A DNA stretch of 64,000 nt. Source: Paraphysomonas bandaiensis. Its lineage: Eukaryota > Protista > Chrysophyceae. The notes beneath the pieces were generated by a model that was not told the origin of the DNA, ran no database searches, and saw only the letters and a list, made by a program, of their open reading frames with translations. A program made the translations under genes and the position numbers. Position 1 is the stretch's first letter. Each line of letters begins with the position of its first letter. The stretch is from contig CBFFRP010000432.1 in assembly GCA_965644295.1 (NCBI GenBank), positions 124,001 to 188,000 on the forward strand, written 5' to 3'. Shown one piece after another: positions 1 through 12,290 of the stretch.

Positions 1-676
1 CTATCTATATTACTTTTTATTATAAACATTATAAATAATATATAAAGTTATTAATTTTATTTAAGAATATAAATAATATATAAAGTAATTATAACTTATT
101 AATAATAAGTTATAAGTTAAACTCACAAAGAGAAGGAATTACAACTGCAAGCTTGCAGTTGTAATTGGAAACACTCGAAGAGAAGAAGCCCCTTGCAGGG
201 GTTGGGGTAGAAAAAGGCTTGTCCTTGTCCCTCCCCTTGTTTTTTGGCCCATTAATGGTAGTCCCGCTAATGGTAGTCCAGTTTTTCCAGCAATAATAAT
301 GGCGTTATTGAAAAGCGTCTTTAGATCTTTCATCAAGGAATGCCAGGTTGTTTGCTCAGTGTTGTCAGAAACAAAAATAAACAAACATAAAGCCCCAACG
401 AGGGATGGTGACTCAGTGGTCCTGCGAATTCACTCGGAAGAAGACTTTGTACATCATTACACTGCCATCAACTTTTTTTGACCATCATTGCTTAATATAT
501 GGTATATATACAGAGTACAATTATTTTGTTTAGTTGTGTACTGCTGTTTCTTTCAACTTTGGGGAAAAAGAAATTATGAGTGTTTGTTTCTAGGTGAAAT
601 GTGCATATTTTCAATGCTTTTATAGAGGTTTTGTGTAAGAGTACGTTGTTATGTTGTTGTTCAGGAAACTTATATT

Positions 677-872
677 ACAGGTATATCAACATTCTACTTG
701 CTCGCTGCGTTTGTTTTGAGTGATAGAGCGAAAGTGCCTACACCTTGGTACTTGCGATGACGCACAAGCAGCATTCGTAGCGCTATATAGTAAGATATAT
801 TCAGAGTTAAGCACCAGTTAGTTCAATTGTTCTGACTCTTACACGCCTATTGCCAATAATCAGACTTTCACT
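677..872 (+). repeat. Dispersed repeat family copy (3' part of the structured element)
   Basis: 677-735 matches 38330-38388 (caggtatatcaacattct.cttgctc...gatagagcg). 740-785 matches 2373-2420 and 24444-24487 (cacctt ggt.cttgcg....c.cacaagcagc.ttcgtagcg). 832-872 matches 24548-24587 (ctgactct.acacgcctattgc.aataatcagac.ttcact). Confidence 0.8.
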
Positions 873-1456
873 TAGATCTATAATGATAGCAATAAACGGA
901 TGGACGTCGAAAGCAACTAACTGAGGTGAGTTTACACATTTGAAAGTAGAGCCACCGGATATCGCTGCCCTCTTCCTTATATAGTAGATCAACTAGATAA
1001 CTTCCTGGGTGCATATTACTATAATAACTAATATATCGTATAAATCACTCTTTAATGTCAGATTCTGGACGGCTTCTGAATCCTGAGGCATGAAGCACAT
1101 GTAAGAGGCAAATTTCGGGACATTTTGAACAATTGACAACAGCTACAGCCTACAGTCTGTATTGATTTTGTCACATTGACATTGAAGGAACTTTCTAAAG
1201 CGACGTTATGGGAAATATATGTCAAAGATCCAACAACGTTTTTCAAATCGTAAAAGACATTGCAGGAACAAAGATCTATATAATATATATATTTTTAAAA
1301 ATTGTCATTCAAACCGAAAGGCATTTCATATTGTCCAAGAATGACAGCCATTCATTTCTTGTACGTTTGTTGAATTCGCTACTGGGTAATTTTTTGGCAT
1401 TTTGGGATATCTATATTTATAGATTTAGTATCCAGGACAAGGACAGAAACTAAATT

Positions 1457-2540
1457 GTGTGTTCTGGGAAACTCACGGATTTTCAATCCCTCCGCAGTCA
1501 ACGAACTGCTGGAGGTCTACACTACTGCCCTCAGAGATCAACGCTACAGTCACAATCCCGACTGGGCACCTGGATATTAGACAGACAGTGGGGCACTACT
1601 TCCGCGCAAACTGGCGCAAGCAGATGGTGGTCCATCGAAGGATAAAGATAGCTCCCACCTACGCCAGCGAGTACTCAATGCAGCATTGCCATGGGACAAA
1701 TATTTCAGCATAGGGAGAAACATAGGTGGAGAGATTTTGGACAGGTACCATCACCACTGCACAACTCGAAACGGTTTTTGGAGATCACATCCATGAGTCC
1801 CTGACACCCCAAGGACTGCGCAACATCGAATCAGTTGTCATCAGCGTGCTTCTACCGCTTTTCGCTGCAGCAAAGCTAATGATCCAAGATCGAAGTCGAC
1901 GATACATTACCCTACACAAACGACCCCCTAGGCTTCTCCCGCGACCGCGTCCAAAACATAGACAGAAATGGAAACGCCCAAGCATGCTACGATTACTAGG
2001 AGTCCAAAGACGACCAGAGACTGGAACACCGTTCACCGCTCCTATGCACCCAACCACTCTCAAACACATAGGACCATAGCACCGGATCGCATGAAACCAT
2101 CAGGCCCTAGACAGCGACGCCGTCTCCGGCAACTCCATCTATGCCTGATGTCCAAACGGTGCACGGCGACAACGCCACATTCCACCACACCATCCACCTC
2201 TCAGCACACACATCTAGTGCTCGGTACACTCAGGACCTTAATGCAGAACCCTGTACCTCAGAGCCTGGTGGAACCTTATCCCAAGGGGAGACCCCCGGAC
2301 AACACGCGCCAGTGAGTCCTAAGACACACGAGCAGGGCGAAACTTACAAACAACATTAAGAACGGAAGTGGTCGCACCTTGGTGCTTGCGGCGACGCACA
2401 AGCAGCTTCTGTAGCGCTAATAGAATTTGTGCTGATTAGTTATGGGTAGAGGTCTCACTAGGTGGTCTAGCATTCATCTAGCCACTATATTGGTACAAGT
2501 TTTTAACGCCTATTGCTAAATAATAAGACTTTCAATATGT
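1457..2540 (+). mobile_element. Degenerate, 5'-truncated retroelement remnant (probably a non-LTR ORF2 C-terminus plus 3' UTR)
   Basis: GC-richer, intronless, frameshifted coding-like segment (FWTGTITTAQLE...LFAAAKLMIQDR) ending at 2359. It is followed directly by the shared repeat-family tail (2373-2540). No RT motif is visible, so the class is inferred. Confidence 0.45.
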
Positions 2541-3104
2541 GTTGGGAGAATGCCCTAAGCCATAACGTCAATAGATCTACAACACTGATGTATGTAATTG
2601 TATTATAGTCACAAAGTTGTATTCTCAGATTCTCAGCTAAATATTCAGCTGGAGTATTGAAAACTAAAGTTGGCCATTATTGTACTCCATCATTGGTCAA
2701 GGTTGTGCATAGGGCAACATAACTTTAAGACTTCAAGAAGGATCATTGCTATGTAACTACTTCAAGGACAGGAAGAGTTTGCCAAATGGTGATCAAGTGG
2801 TGTACCAAATGATGATCAAGTGATCTATATAGCTTGTAGAGTAGTACAAGCTATATACTTTGGTCACTTCTCAACACCCAGTGGTGTCGGATCTTTATCA
2901 TCTGCTACCATGTGAAAATCGACACCATGCCTGGATGCCTTTTGCGCTGCAAAACACGCCTGAGATTTACGTACTATGATGTACAATGAGTAATACGTCC
3001 AATTCCAACAGTAATCACTCTTTTGTTTTTTGGAAGGCATGAAGAGGACATTTATTCCGACACCTAATGACGTCATATTATTACTGCGTTCCACATTACA
3101 AAAA

Positions 3105-4442
3105 CTACTTCTTCTTCGCTCCACCCTTTTTAAATAACCCAAACTTTAAGGGCTTTGAGTTTACGGGTTTTACCAGGTCATGAGTAGCTTCTGAAGCAAC
3201 GCCTTCCTTCGGAGCAGATGCATCTGATTCTCCCTCCACAGCACCAAGTGAAGCTTCCATCTATACAGAGGTATGCATTACTACCACGTATACTCCAAAG
3301 TACTGCGGTACAACTACCCATATAGCAGAGACAAGAGAAAAGAATATACCCAGAACTACAAACAAGTACAACACAAACCTCCCGAGCTCTTTTCTCCATT
3401 TCTCGAACAGCTCTCTTCTCCTCCCGCCGCCGCTTCTCATCTGCGGACAGGACCCAAGAAAGAAAGGTAGACGTAGATACAGAGTAGATGTTGTCGATAC
3501 ATACACATCACCACTACTGAGGTAGTTGCTTTGTGATACACAAATGCGTCAGCTCACCTCCTCCCACATCATTACCCTCTGCCCGTCGCTTCTCGGCCTG
3601 TTTCATCTCCTTGAATCGCTATACCCACTAAAATTACAAAAATCACATTAAGGTAAAATGTACTAACCTTCTTGTGATGGTGGTCGTAGGAACTCAAATG
3701 AGACGCCATCTGATAAGCACAATAAGATGTAAGCATAGAATCCTTAGAAAACCCACTTCAGAAACATTCTTATATTGTTTGTCGCATATTTCGCAATAAA
3801 ACTCTCTATGCATAGTCTTGATCTCATTTTCTAATTGCTGTTCTTTTACTGCAACTTCCGCTTTGCGTTGTAAGCGTTCCTCTGTCTGCTCTATCTCTAC
3901 CTCCATTTTGCGTCGTTCCTTTGCAACCTCGGCCACAGCCTTATCGTATTCCTCCTGCTTGCCAAGACCAATCGAGCTATCGGATGCCTTCACAGATATA
4001 GGGGCAGTGATGCCTATCACGAATACATAATTGTAATATGGCATGAAAAGAGCCCAGTATAAAATGACCTTTTCCCTCCTTCCCCAACCCAGCCTTCTTA
4101 TTCCATCCATACTTCTGCAACATCTTAAATCCAACATTCGATGAATCTATCGCCGTATCAACAGAAGCAGGAGTGACAGTAGAAGCCGATGGAGTTGTGT
4201 CGTCCATAAAATCATAGTCGACTTGACCGGATTTAAGATAATTATCCTTCCAATTAATTGTTATGTAAAACAGTAATAAACAAGATATACCATACCCGAC
4301 TGATCTCTGCCTGCGTCTTGAAGTGATCTGGTTTATCGTATGTGGTTACTCCTGAGGGCTTATGAAAGTATAGCTTCCTACTCCCTTTCGATGAGTTCTC
4401 ATCAAACATAACCCATTCATCACTTTCACTCTTCTCATTCAT
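3105..4442 (-). CDS. WW + G-patch + C2H2 zinc-finger protein (GPATCH8/ZNF804-like), multi-exon
   Basis: WW-like EWVMFD...LYFHKPSGVTTYDKP; G-patch SNVGFKMLQKYGW...GLGKEGKG|ITAPI...GLG; FYCEICDKQY...HLSSYDHHHKK. Spliced by hand through GT-AG introns to ...KKGGAKKK-stop at 3105. Confidence 0.85.
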
Positions 4443-5446
4443 AATAATACGAGATCTCGTCTACGTGGGTAGTGACCAGTTCATATATACGCCACATGGA
4501 CTCCTTGTCATCACTGCTACGGATGTATAGAGTTACACCTCTGTACAGCTTTACCAAACCCTCGATTTACAGAGCCTAAAACGAAATCTATAGTAAAAAC
4601 CTACCATTTTCTTAAAAATACAGCAGTTTCAAGGTTCTATGATCATAATATCCTACTGTCCATGTGGATCTGCTGAAACAGAGCCATGCATATATAGAGC
4701 CATGCCTATATCTTTGGATATGATCCCTATCTTTGACGCACAATTGGAGGAGTTCTACCCTTGGAAGATGTTTGATGAGCACTGGACCTCTGGAGCATAT
4801 TCTCAAAGTTTGAGTCAAATATGTTAACTAACAAATCACTACTATGTAACTAACATGTATCCACCATATTTCAACATGAATTCGTGTAGTAATCAACCAT
4901 GTCGTTCTCATTCTCGTCGATATTAATATCATGTGATAAATAAATGTTCATAGAAACTATTTTGATATTTTACAGCTGGATCAGCTGCTGTATATTGTAC
5001 AATACTACGTTGTTTATAGTTGATAAAGTTTATAGATGTGATATGTCGTTCTGAGATAATTCATACTATTTTGTAGAGTCGAGTTGATATATATACTATT
5101 TAATAAATACATTTACATATATACCATTCGTCAACATGTACTTAATTCTTTTGCCACTTTGAATATTAATAATTAATACTATACTCATCACTGGCAGTGT
5201 GAGTTTGCATCAAACATAGTTGTTACCTGCAGTATAATTTTTAAATTCTGATAAATAGAACTAAAACTTACTTAAGCTGTACTCGCAAAACTATCTAAAG
5301 GTTCTTTGGTGGCTAGTGCCTTAGTTTTCTAGATTCTTGGCAGTTTGCTACTTCTACTGATTGTTCAACCAAATCTGCACAATGCTGGCACGTAAATAAG
5401 GTGCATTCGGCAAATCTAATATGTAGTAGCTAGTACAAAGAAAAAG

Positions 5447-6448
5447 TTAATTATCTTTTTGAAACACAGAACTGACAATATCTCGACTAATCTGAGATCT
5501 GTCGTGTTCTGATTGTTTAGAGAGAGATCTCAGTTGCTTGAATTTCCTCTTCTTTGGCTTTTCTTTAGAGTCATCGTCCTTATTAGCATCAATATCCTCG
5601 CCTCTCTTCCGCTTCCTCTCTGTAATATGTTTATAAGCCTTCTCTTGTTCGACCATCTCCACGAACTCAGCATTCTGTTTCTTGGCCTGCACAAAATATC
5701 ATTCAGACAGTTTTCTGACATTTTTATACAACTGAACCTGCAGCATGGCAGCGCGGAGTTTATTTTCCCGGACACGCCTTTCGTAAGCAAACTTTTCAGT
5801 AAGATTGTCCCATCTGCGAAAACAATTATACACCATCACCTAATGCAAAAAAAGCATACTTGAAACCCTTGAGATATTTAATATTCCAAATGTCATCATG
5901 ATAGAAGTTTCTCTTACGACCTCCCATTGGCGTATTATTTAACGACTCCGCTACCTGGTTTCCAGACATGTCAAGGAAATATGTTGTCGGAGAACAGAAA
6001 TATGTTTACTTGTTTAGCCACACGCTTGTCCGCAAACTCCACCCACCCTTCCACAAATTGTTTCGAGCCATTTCCTCCAGCCGCCTTTCGTCTTTTTCTA
6101 ACGGTGGGGTCTTATGATATATTATAAATAGAATTGACGACAAAATACTGCAATACCTTCTTCTGCCAAGTATAATCGCGTTATTTCACCATATTCCTCT
6201 AATTCTACTCTCATTTTATTGGGCTATACACAAGTGATTTTTGACACAACAAATCGTTAGTAATTGACCTTCATAAATGGTGGGATTCTACTAAGATAAA
6301 CCTTCACTGTTATTAGAGAATGGAGTGTTAATACATTCTAACCACTTACAACTCCACGTTTAGCAAGTTTCTTTGAATATTCTTCCGCGTCAGCTCTCAT
6401 TAAGCTGCGCTTTTGTGGCTTCTCTGTTTTATCAGTCGATTTCGACAT
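5447..6448 (-). CDS. ESF2: Pre-rRNA processing protein ESF2/ABT1, multi-exon
   Basis: Hand translation gives KRGV|[25 protein letters not shown]|[31 protein letters not shown], which are hallmark ESF2/ABT1 RRM motifs. Confidence 0.9.
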
Positions 6449-6984
6449 CTCTTCAGTTTTGGTGATTACTTCAATACTATGATGTATAAAATAACGTGAT
6501 GAATGCAACTCAACGAACTGTTAGTTTGAGTTCGCCATACTAGACTATGCTGTGTTGTCATTCTGGAAACATAGATGGCTATATGTACACTCCTGGCTGC
6601 CATATATTACAAGACTACAGCACAGATATACGCACAGGGGTATGGACATTTGTACGTGCGGGAATACAGTGTGCGTAGGGGGGTGTATGGTGTGTGGTAA
6701 CTGTATACTAACCAATGGTCTCTCAGATCATAGTGTTCATTGGCTGAGGTATTATATTGTGGAGATAAGGGCAAAGCCAGTTTTATGTGCCTAGAAATTG
6801 GAAGATTTGCACCATGAATACGACCAAATAGCCAGTTTTTTCAAGGTATTTTGTAATAATGTATGAGTTTGTGGCATATTATCAGCACTCGGTGTTCTCA
6901 TAGAGCACATGAACAACACAATCACACTATCATAACAAATTTAACACAGGGGGTAACATTTGGTCCCATCTCTCTCTGCAATAA

Positions 6985-9262
6985 ATGCGCAGTATCTGCG
7001 CCATAGCGAAGAGGGGTTTGAAGAACCACCAGAGATCCCTGCAACTAAGAAAATACACTATTAGAGAGGCTGTTGCAGGCAATGGTTTAGTGGACATTGA
7101 TATCGAAAACTTCAGGAGTAAGTGAACCAGTACCTGTAGTGATTATACTAATGGGGTTGTGATATAGATTTTTCTATTATTGCCCATGTTGATCACGGGA
7201 AGTCCACACTTGCAGATGCAATACTACAGCTGACTGGTAACATCAATGAGGATGATTGTAAAAGGGGGCAGGTGCTGGATAATCTACAAGTCGAACGTGA
7301 ACGTGGTATTACTGTGAAAGCTCAAACGGCTAGTATGATATACGTCGACAAACGTAACGGTATTAAATATCTTTTGAATTTAATTGACACGCCTGGACAT
7401 GTGGACTTTAGCTACGAAGTGCAGCGCTCGTTGGCGTCGTGTCAAGGTGCACTACTACTTGTAGACTCCACTCAGAGTGTACAAGCACAAACTCTTGCGA
7501 ATCATGCTCACGCTAAGGCACTCGGCCTTAACCTCATACCTGTGGTTACGAAGATAGATCTTCCGAATGCTGAACCCGTAGAAACGGCTCTTAATATGGG
7601 TACTACTTTTGGCCTCGACCCAGATGACTGCATCATGACATCTGCGAAGAAAAAGATAGGAATAGGTGAGGAGTATACTTTGGTTGTATTTTATGATCAA
7701 TGTGGTTCACAGATGAAGTTTTGGAGGCTGTGGTTGACAGGCTGCCGTCTCCTGCTGCGGCGTGTGAGAGCCCAACTGGTAACCTCCGCGCCCGCATTGT
7801 CGACAGTTGGTTTGAGGAGCACAGGGGCATGGTATGTCTTGTGCAAGTGGTCTCCGGGGAGCTTAAAGAAGGCATGCGTATCACAACTTATGCATCTGTG
7901 ATGGAAGCGGAGTCAGAGAAGAGGAATGACTTTAGTGTGCAAGAAGTGGGGCTGCTGACACCTACAGCCCTTCGAACAAAGTGAGTGGACAAATGCTCTG
8001 ATAGATTCTTTGTTGACATGAAACGATATGTAGGTACCTGCGCACAGGCCAGGTCGGATATGTTGTGTCAGGTATGAGATCGACTCGACAGGCCCGCATT
8101 GGGGATACCGTATATTCTCCCTCACAATGGACTTCTGCAAACCCTATTACACCGTTGGGTGGCTACGCCCCAGCCCGTCAGATGCTGTACTCTTCTGTTT
8201 TTCCTGTTCACGGCACAGAGTTGGATGCTCTTTTCTCGGCGGTTGATAAACTATGCCTGAACGACAGCAGTGTGAGTGTGGCCCGAGATGTGTCAACTTC
8301 TCTGGGTTCAGGATTGCGGTGCGGATTTCTGGGATTCCTTCACATGGAGGTGTTCATGCAGCGCCTTCAGAACGAGTTTGATATGGCCGTCATTATGACT
8401 TCGCCGTCTGTACCATACACTATTCATTACAACAATGGTAATGTAGAAGAAGTATCAACGGTGGCACAGTTTCCATCAAGTGAGAAAACCAGGGATTATA
8501 AGATCTTTGAGCCATACGTCAAGGTTGTATTGGTATCCCCTGAAGAGTATTACGGGTCGATGACGGACGTATTGAAGGAGCGCCGTGCAGAGGATATGGA
8601 AGTCGTGTATCTCGATGACGGAAGCATTACTATCACAGCCCTTGTACCTTGGCAAGAAGTGGTATGTGACATGTATGATGTTGTAAAGCAGCGCAGCTCA
8701 GGATATGCAAATTTTAACTACACCGAAGATGAATACCGACAGTCGGACCTTGTAAAAGTTGAGCTTGCTGTAAACGGTAGGTTAGTTGGTTTGCCTTGAC
8801 ATAACTCACAGATCTGTAGGTGAAATCTGCGAACCCCTATCTTTCATCGCCCACAAGGACAAAGCATCGAACCAGGGACGTACAGTTGCCAGAAAGCTCA
8901 AAGAGAACTTGTCTCGCCAACAATTTGAGATTATCCTTCAGGCCAAAGTTGGAAACAAGGTTTGTTATGTATGGTTTGCGAACTACAGCTATTTATTGCT
9001 TGAACGTGCAGATATTATGCCGAGAGAGGTTAGCACCGTATAGGAAGGATGTTCTAGCGAGTGGAAAGGGATCGGTATACTGATATCATGTTTGTTGAGT
9101 AGATTCTTGTAACTTCAATATTAGGTTATTGGTCAAGGCGACTACTCGCGTAAACAGAAGCTTTTGAATAAACAAAAGGAAGGGAAAAAGCGAGCTAAAA
9201 TGGTAGGAAAGGTAGAAATAGGACAAGAGGCTTTCTTTTCAGTGCTCAGTAGAGATGGATAG
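6985..9262 (+). CDS. GUF1: Mitochondrial translation factor GUF1 (LepA/EF-4), multi-exon
   Basis: Arg-rich N-terminus from ATG 6985. [18 protein letters not shown] spans intron 7118-7167. Also [38 protein letters not shown] and C-terminal [15 protein letters not shown]...EAFFSVL. Confidence 0.95.
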
Positions 9263-10622
9263 ACTTTTAGATATTCTTATCCCGGTGATCCTAATATGTA
9301 AAAGCGCAAGAATTTGTTATATCTAAATAAAAGATTGGCTCATGCCTTCAGAAAATATTTTCTCGATGTTGTGGTAAACGAAGGCTGTTATGCACCTCTT
9401 TTAAGGGTTCTTATCCTGTAACGAAGTAACGAATGCTCTAATACTGATGACTTCCGAGAACTATTTAATAATTGCTAAATAATAAGTTATCCCCATTTTG
9501 CCTCAAAAAAACAATCCAGGTTCTCTTCTATCACTAGTCTGATGTAGAATAATAGAGTGGTGACGATGCAAACGGCCTATCTTCATCACCGGGACTTTAT
9601 GAATACTACTGGACAAATAACAAATAATATGCGATATGCGACGCACCACGTCTATTGATGAATATGATTTTGAACAGTGGCACTCAGCCTCATATCATCG
9701 TGCTTCTCGGGATTATGTGCCTTTTATACATACAGCAGTACATGCCATTAATGGGATGCCATGAATGATAGTGCAGTTCCCGGAAATTATATAATGGCAT
9801 TAATGAAAAATGTCCCGGCAATCATAATGGCATTACCATTAACGGTTACTAGGCCCCAGGCCGTGCCTCATATCTCATATCATACACACAGTATTCGAAT
9901 ATGTTGGAGAAGCAGGGGTAAGTGTGATGTAAAGAAATGTGATGATGATGTCAACGATAATAAGAAGCCTCGCGCGACTAGATTTTTTTACTTTCATCAT
10001 CACATTTATATGCGAATTAATACATATGTAGTTGCCTTCCCCTCAGTATCCTTCTGTGGTACGGGTACATTTGTTGTAGCTATTATTGTAATTTGGGGGT
10101 TTATTGTTTTGAGTATACTATGTAGTCCGTAGTCCGTAGTCCACATGCCGTTTCCTCATGTAGAGAAACAATACTTTGATTTTTCACTTGCTCTCTTAAT
10201 GTTATTTCTTCTTACAGCAAGCAAGCTACAAATAATTATACATTCTAGATATAGTAGGTTTTCACGAGCATGAGGATAAGCTACAATCCAACCTAGGAAT
10301 AAGGAGCATCACCCCTTTTCAAAATTATATAACTAGAACTTATCGCCTTCGTTCTAGCCTCCTTATAACCAGTGCATTAATATAACCTGATGTGAAACTG
10401 CGTTAGAACTCTACCACGGTTTCAAATATCACAGCTAATTGAGCATATGATAAAGTATGCGTACTTAATGGCTTCGATTAATTATAGTTCGGAGAGGAAT
10501 GCACATTAGACTATATTGATGCCATTAAGTATTTCGATGAAATATATACGCCATATTAATACAGTTTAGCAACAGCCAATTACACACATATGTACGATGT
10601 CTAAACGTTGAAAGAGGTCAAT

Positions 10623-11598
10623 TCACTGTAATTCTTCGTCGTCATCAACTTCGCCAATCTCTTCTCGCTTCAGTAGCTCAGCCTCAATCTTGTCCATCTT
10701 CTCAATTTTGATTCGTACTGCTTTCCTCTTCCAAGGCGTCAGATAGTACTTATATACGCCCATAGCCTCCTTAACCTTCTCCTCTTTTGCAGCTTCATCT
10801 TCTTTCTTGTTGGATGTATGCTTCTTTTCTTTCGCTCTTAGCAGTCGCGCTTCCTCGCCAAGAAGTATCTTCCTTTTCTCCCACCAACTCTCTCCAAAGC
10901 TCTCTCGCATCATAGAAGTCTGCAAACGAAACACGGGATAGAGAAGATGAGGGAATTGTCTATGGAGTACTGCTAACTCTCTGAATGCGAATCTACCATC
11001 GGAGGTTTTCTTTTCTTCAATTGATGCAAGACCCATTTGTGCATTGCTCTTGACCTGTCCCCCATGTAGAGATATGATAAAATGTTTTAATTCGTCTCGG
11101 TCAATATAACCAGACTTCTTCTTATCAAACAAATAGAACAGAACTATAATACAAGGTGTTAATAACGCCAGTACAAAACACAGTGACCTTACATCGCAAC
11201 ACGTCATACTTTTCAAATAGACTGAATATGCAAATCACTTCCATAAACTCCCCAAAATTAAGTACATCATGAGAATCGGGTTCTGAAAGGGAAAGTATAA
11301 GGATTAACGGATTACTAAAGGTCGAACCCGTACCTACAAAATCAACCACAGCATCTCCAAAAAAAGTCCTGTCTTCTTCTACAATTTTATCGAAGAAATC
11401 TTTACGTGATATAAGTCCCACTCCTTCACGATCATGAGCACTGAACACCAGCCACAGTTTGTTCACTTCGTCAGTCTTCACTATACGGCAATTCATTAGC
11501 AGTGACAATGCTGTGTACCTCAAATACATACAGTGTAGTTTCTTTATACATTTATCAACTCGGATATCCGACACAGGAGGCAGGGGCGTATTTCCCAT
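10623..11598 (-). CDS. EF-hand calcium-binding protein (calcineurin-B/recoverin-like), possible N-myristoylation
   Basis: Starts MGNTP. EF-hand loops DREGVGLISRKDF and DKKKSGYIDRDEL. Several short introns. Confidence 0.75.
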
Positions 11599-11689
11599 TC
11601 CGAATAGCACGCCTTTCTACTTCTATTCAGTGTATAGTGCCATTAATCGGAGGTGGTGTTTAGTCGTAGCGGTGGGATGTGAATGATAA

Positions 11690-12290
11690 GAAGGCTTGAG
11701 TCATCCGATTGAACTTCTATATGCTGTATGTACAGTACGTGTGTATCTATGTGTGTATACACCGGACCGGAATATACTGTAACTCCACTGTAGGCTGTGT
11801 GGGGAAAATAGCGTATGACATGGGCCGGTATGGTATGAAGTAACTGCTGTGTCTGTGTACTGGGCATGTCCATATCAGGCAACTCGTACAGCACTGCTCT
11901 GTATGTCTGTACGAAGTGGTCGTAGTGTAGTACGCAAGTAGTTCGTAGTATTCAGCGAGTAGTATTACATGTACAGCAGTACTGTACAGCAGTACTGTAC
12001 AGCAGTACTGTACGTGTATATGGTATACTTGTAGTGTCCAGGTATAGCCAGCCATGTACGTATTGTGCGTGTGTAGTTCTAGAGTTGGATGTGCTGTTAG
12101 TCTTCACATACATGTATGTGCACGTCACAGTAGACGCTACCCATGTCCTCATTACCCCCACCCCCTCCATCTACTGCATGAATGGGAAGAACCCCCCCTC
12201 TAAGAGTGTGGTTGTTGTATTTCATACCAGTGTTTGCTGTATATATATCTGCACAGGTGCCTATGGAGACACACACACATACACACACCT
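11690..12290. promoter_or_regulatory. Putative bidirectional promoter island (AA/TT-poor, RY-alternating)
   Basis: Lies between divergent starts at 11598 and 12182. Contains a 13-mer tgtacagcagtac repeated about 3 times at 11970-12013. Only 4 AA/TT dinucleotides in 11941-12060 by hand count. Confidence 0.6.

Noticed and set aside
139-481. Short ORFs at the window start
   Set aside because: No recognisable motif; may be a decayed gene fragment but cannot be supported.
6985-9262. Non-canonical or introner-type introns
   Set aside because: All introns checked by hand (GUF1, channel, PDK1, ELO, YR) are GT-AG, and I saw no sequence similarity among them.
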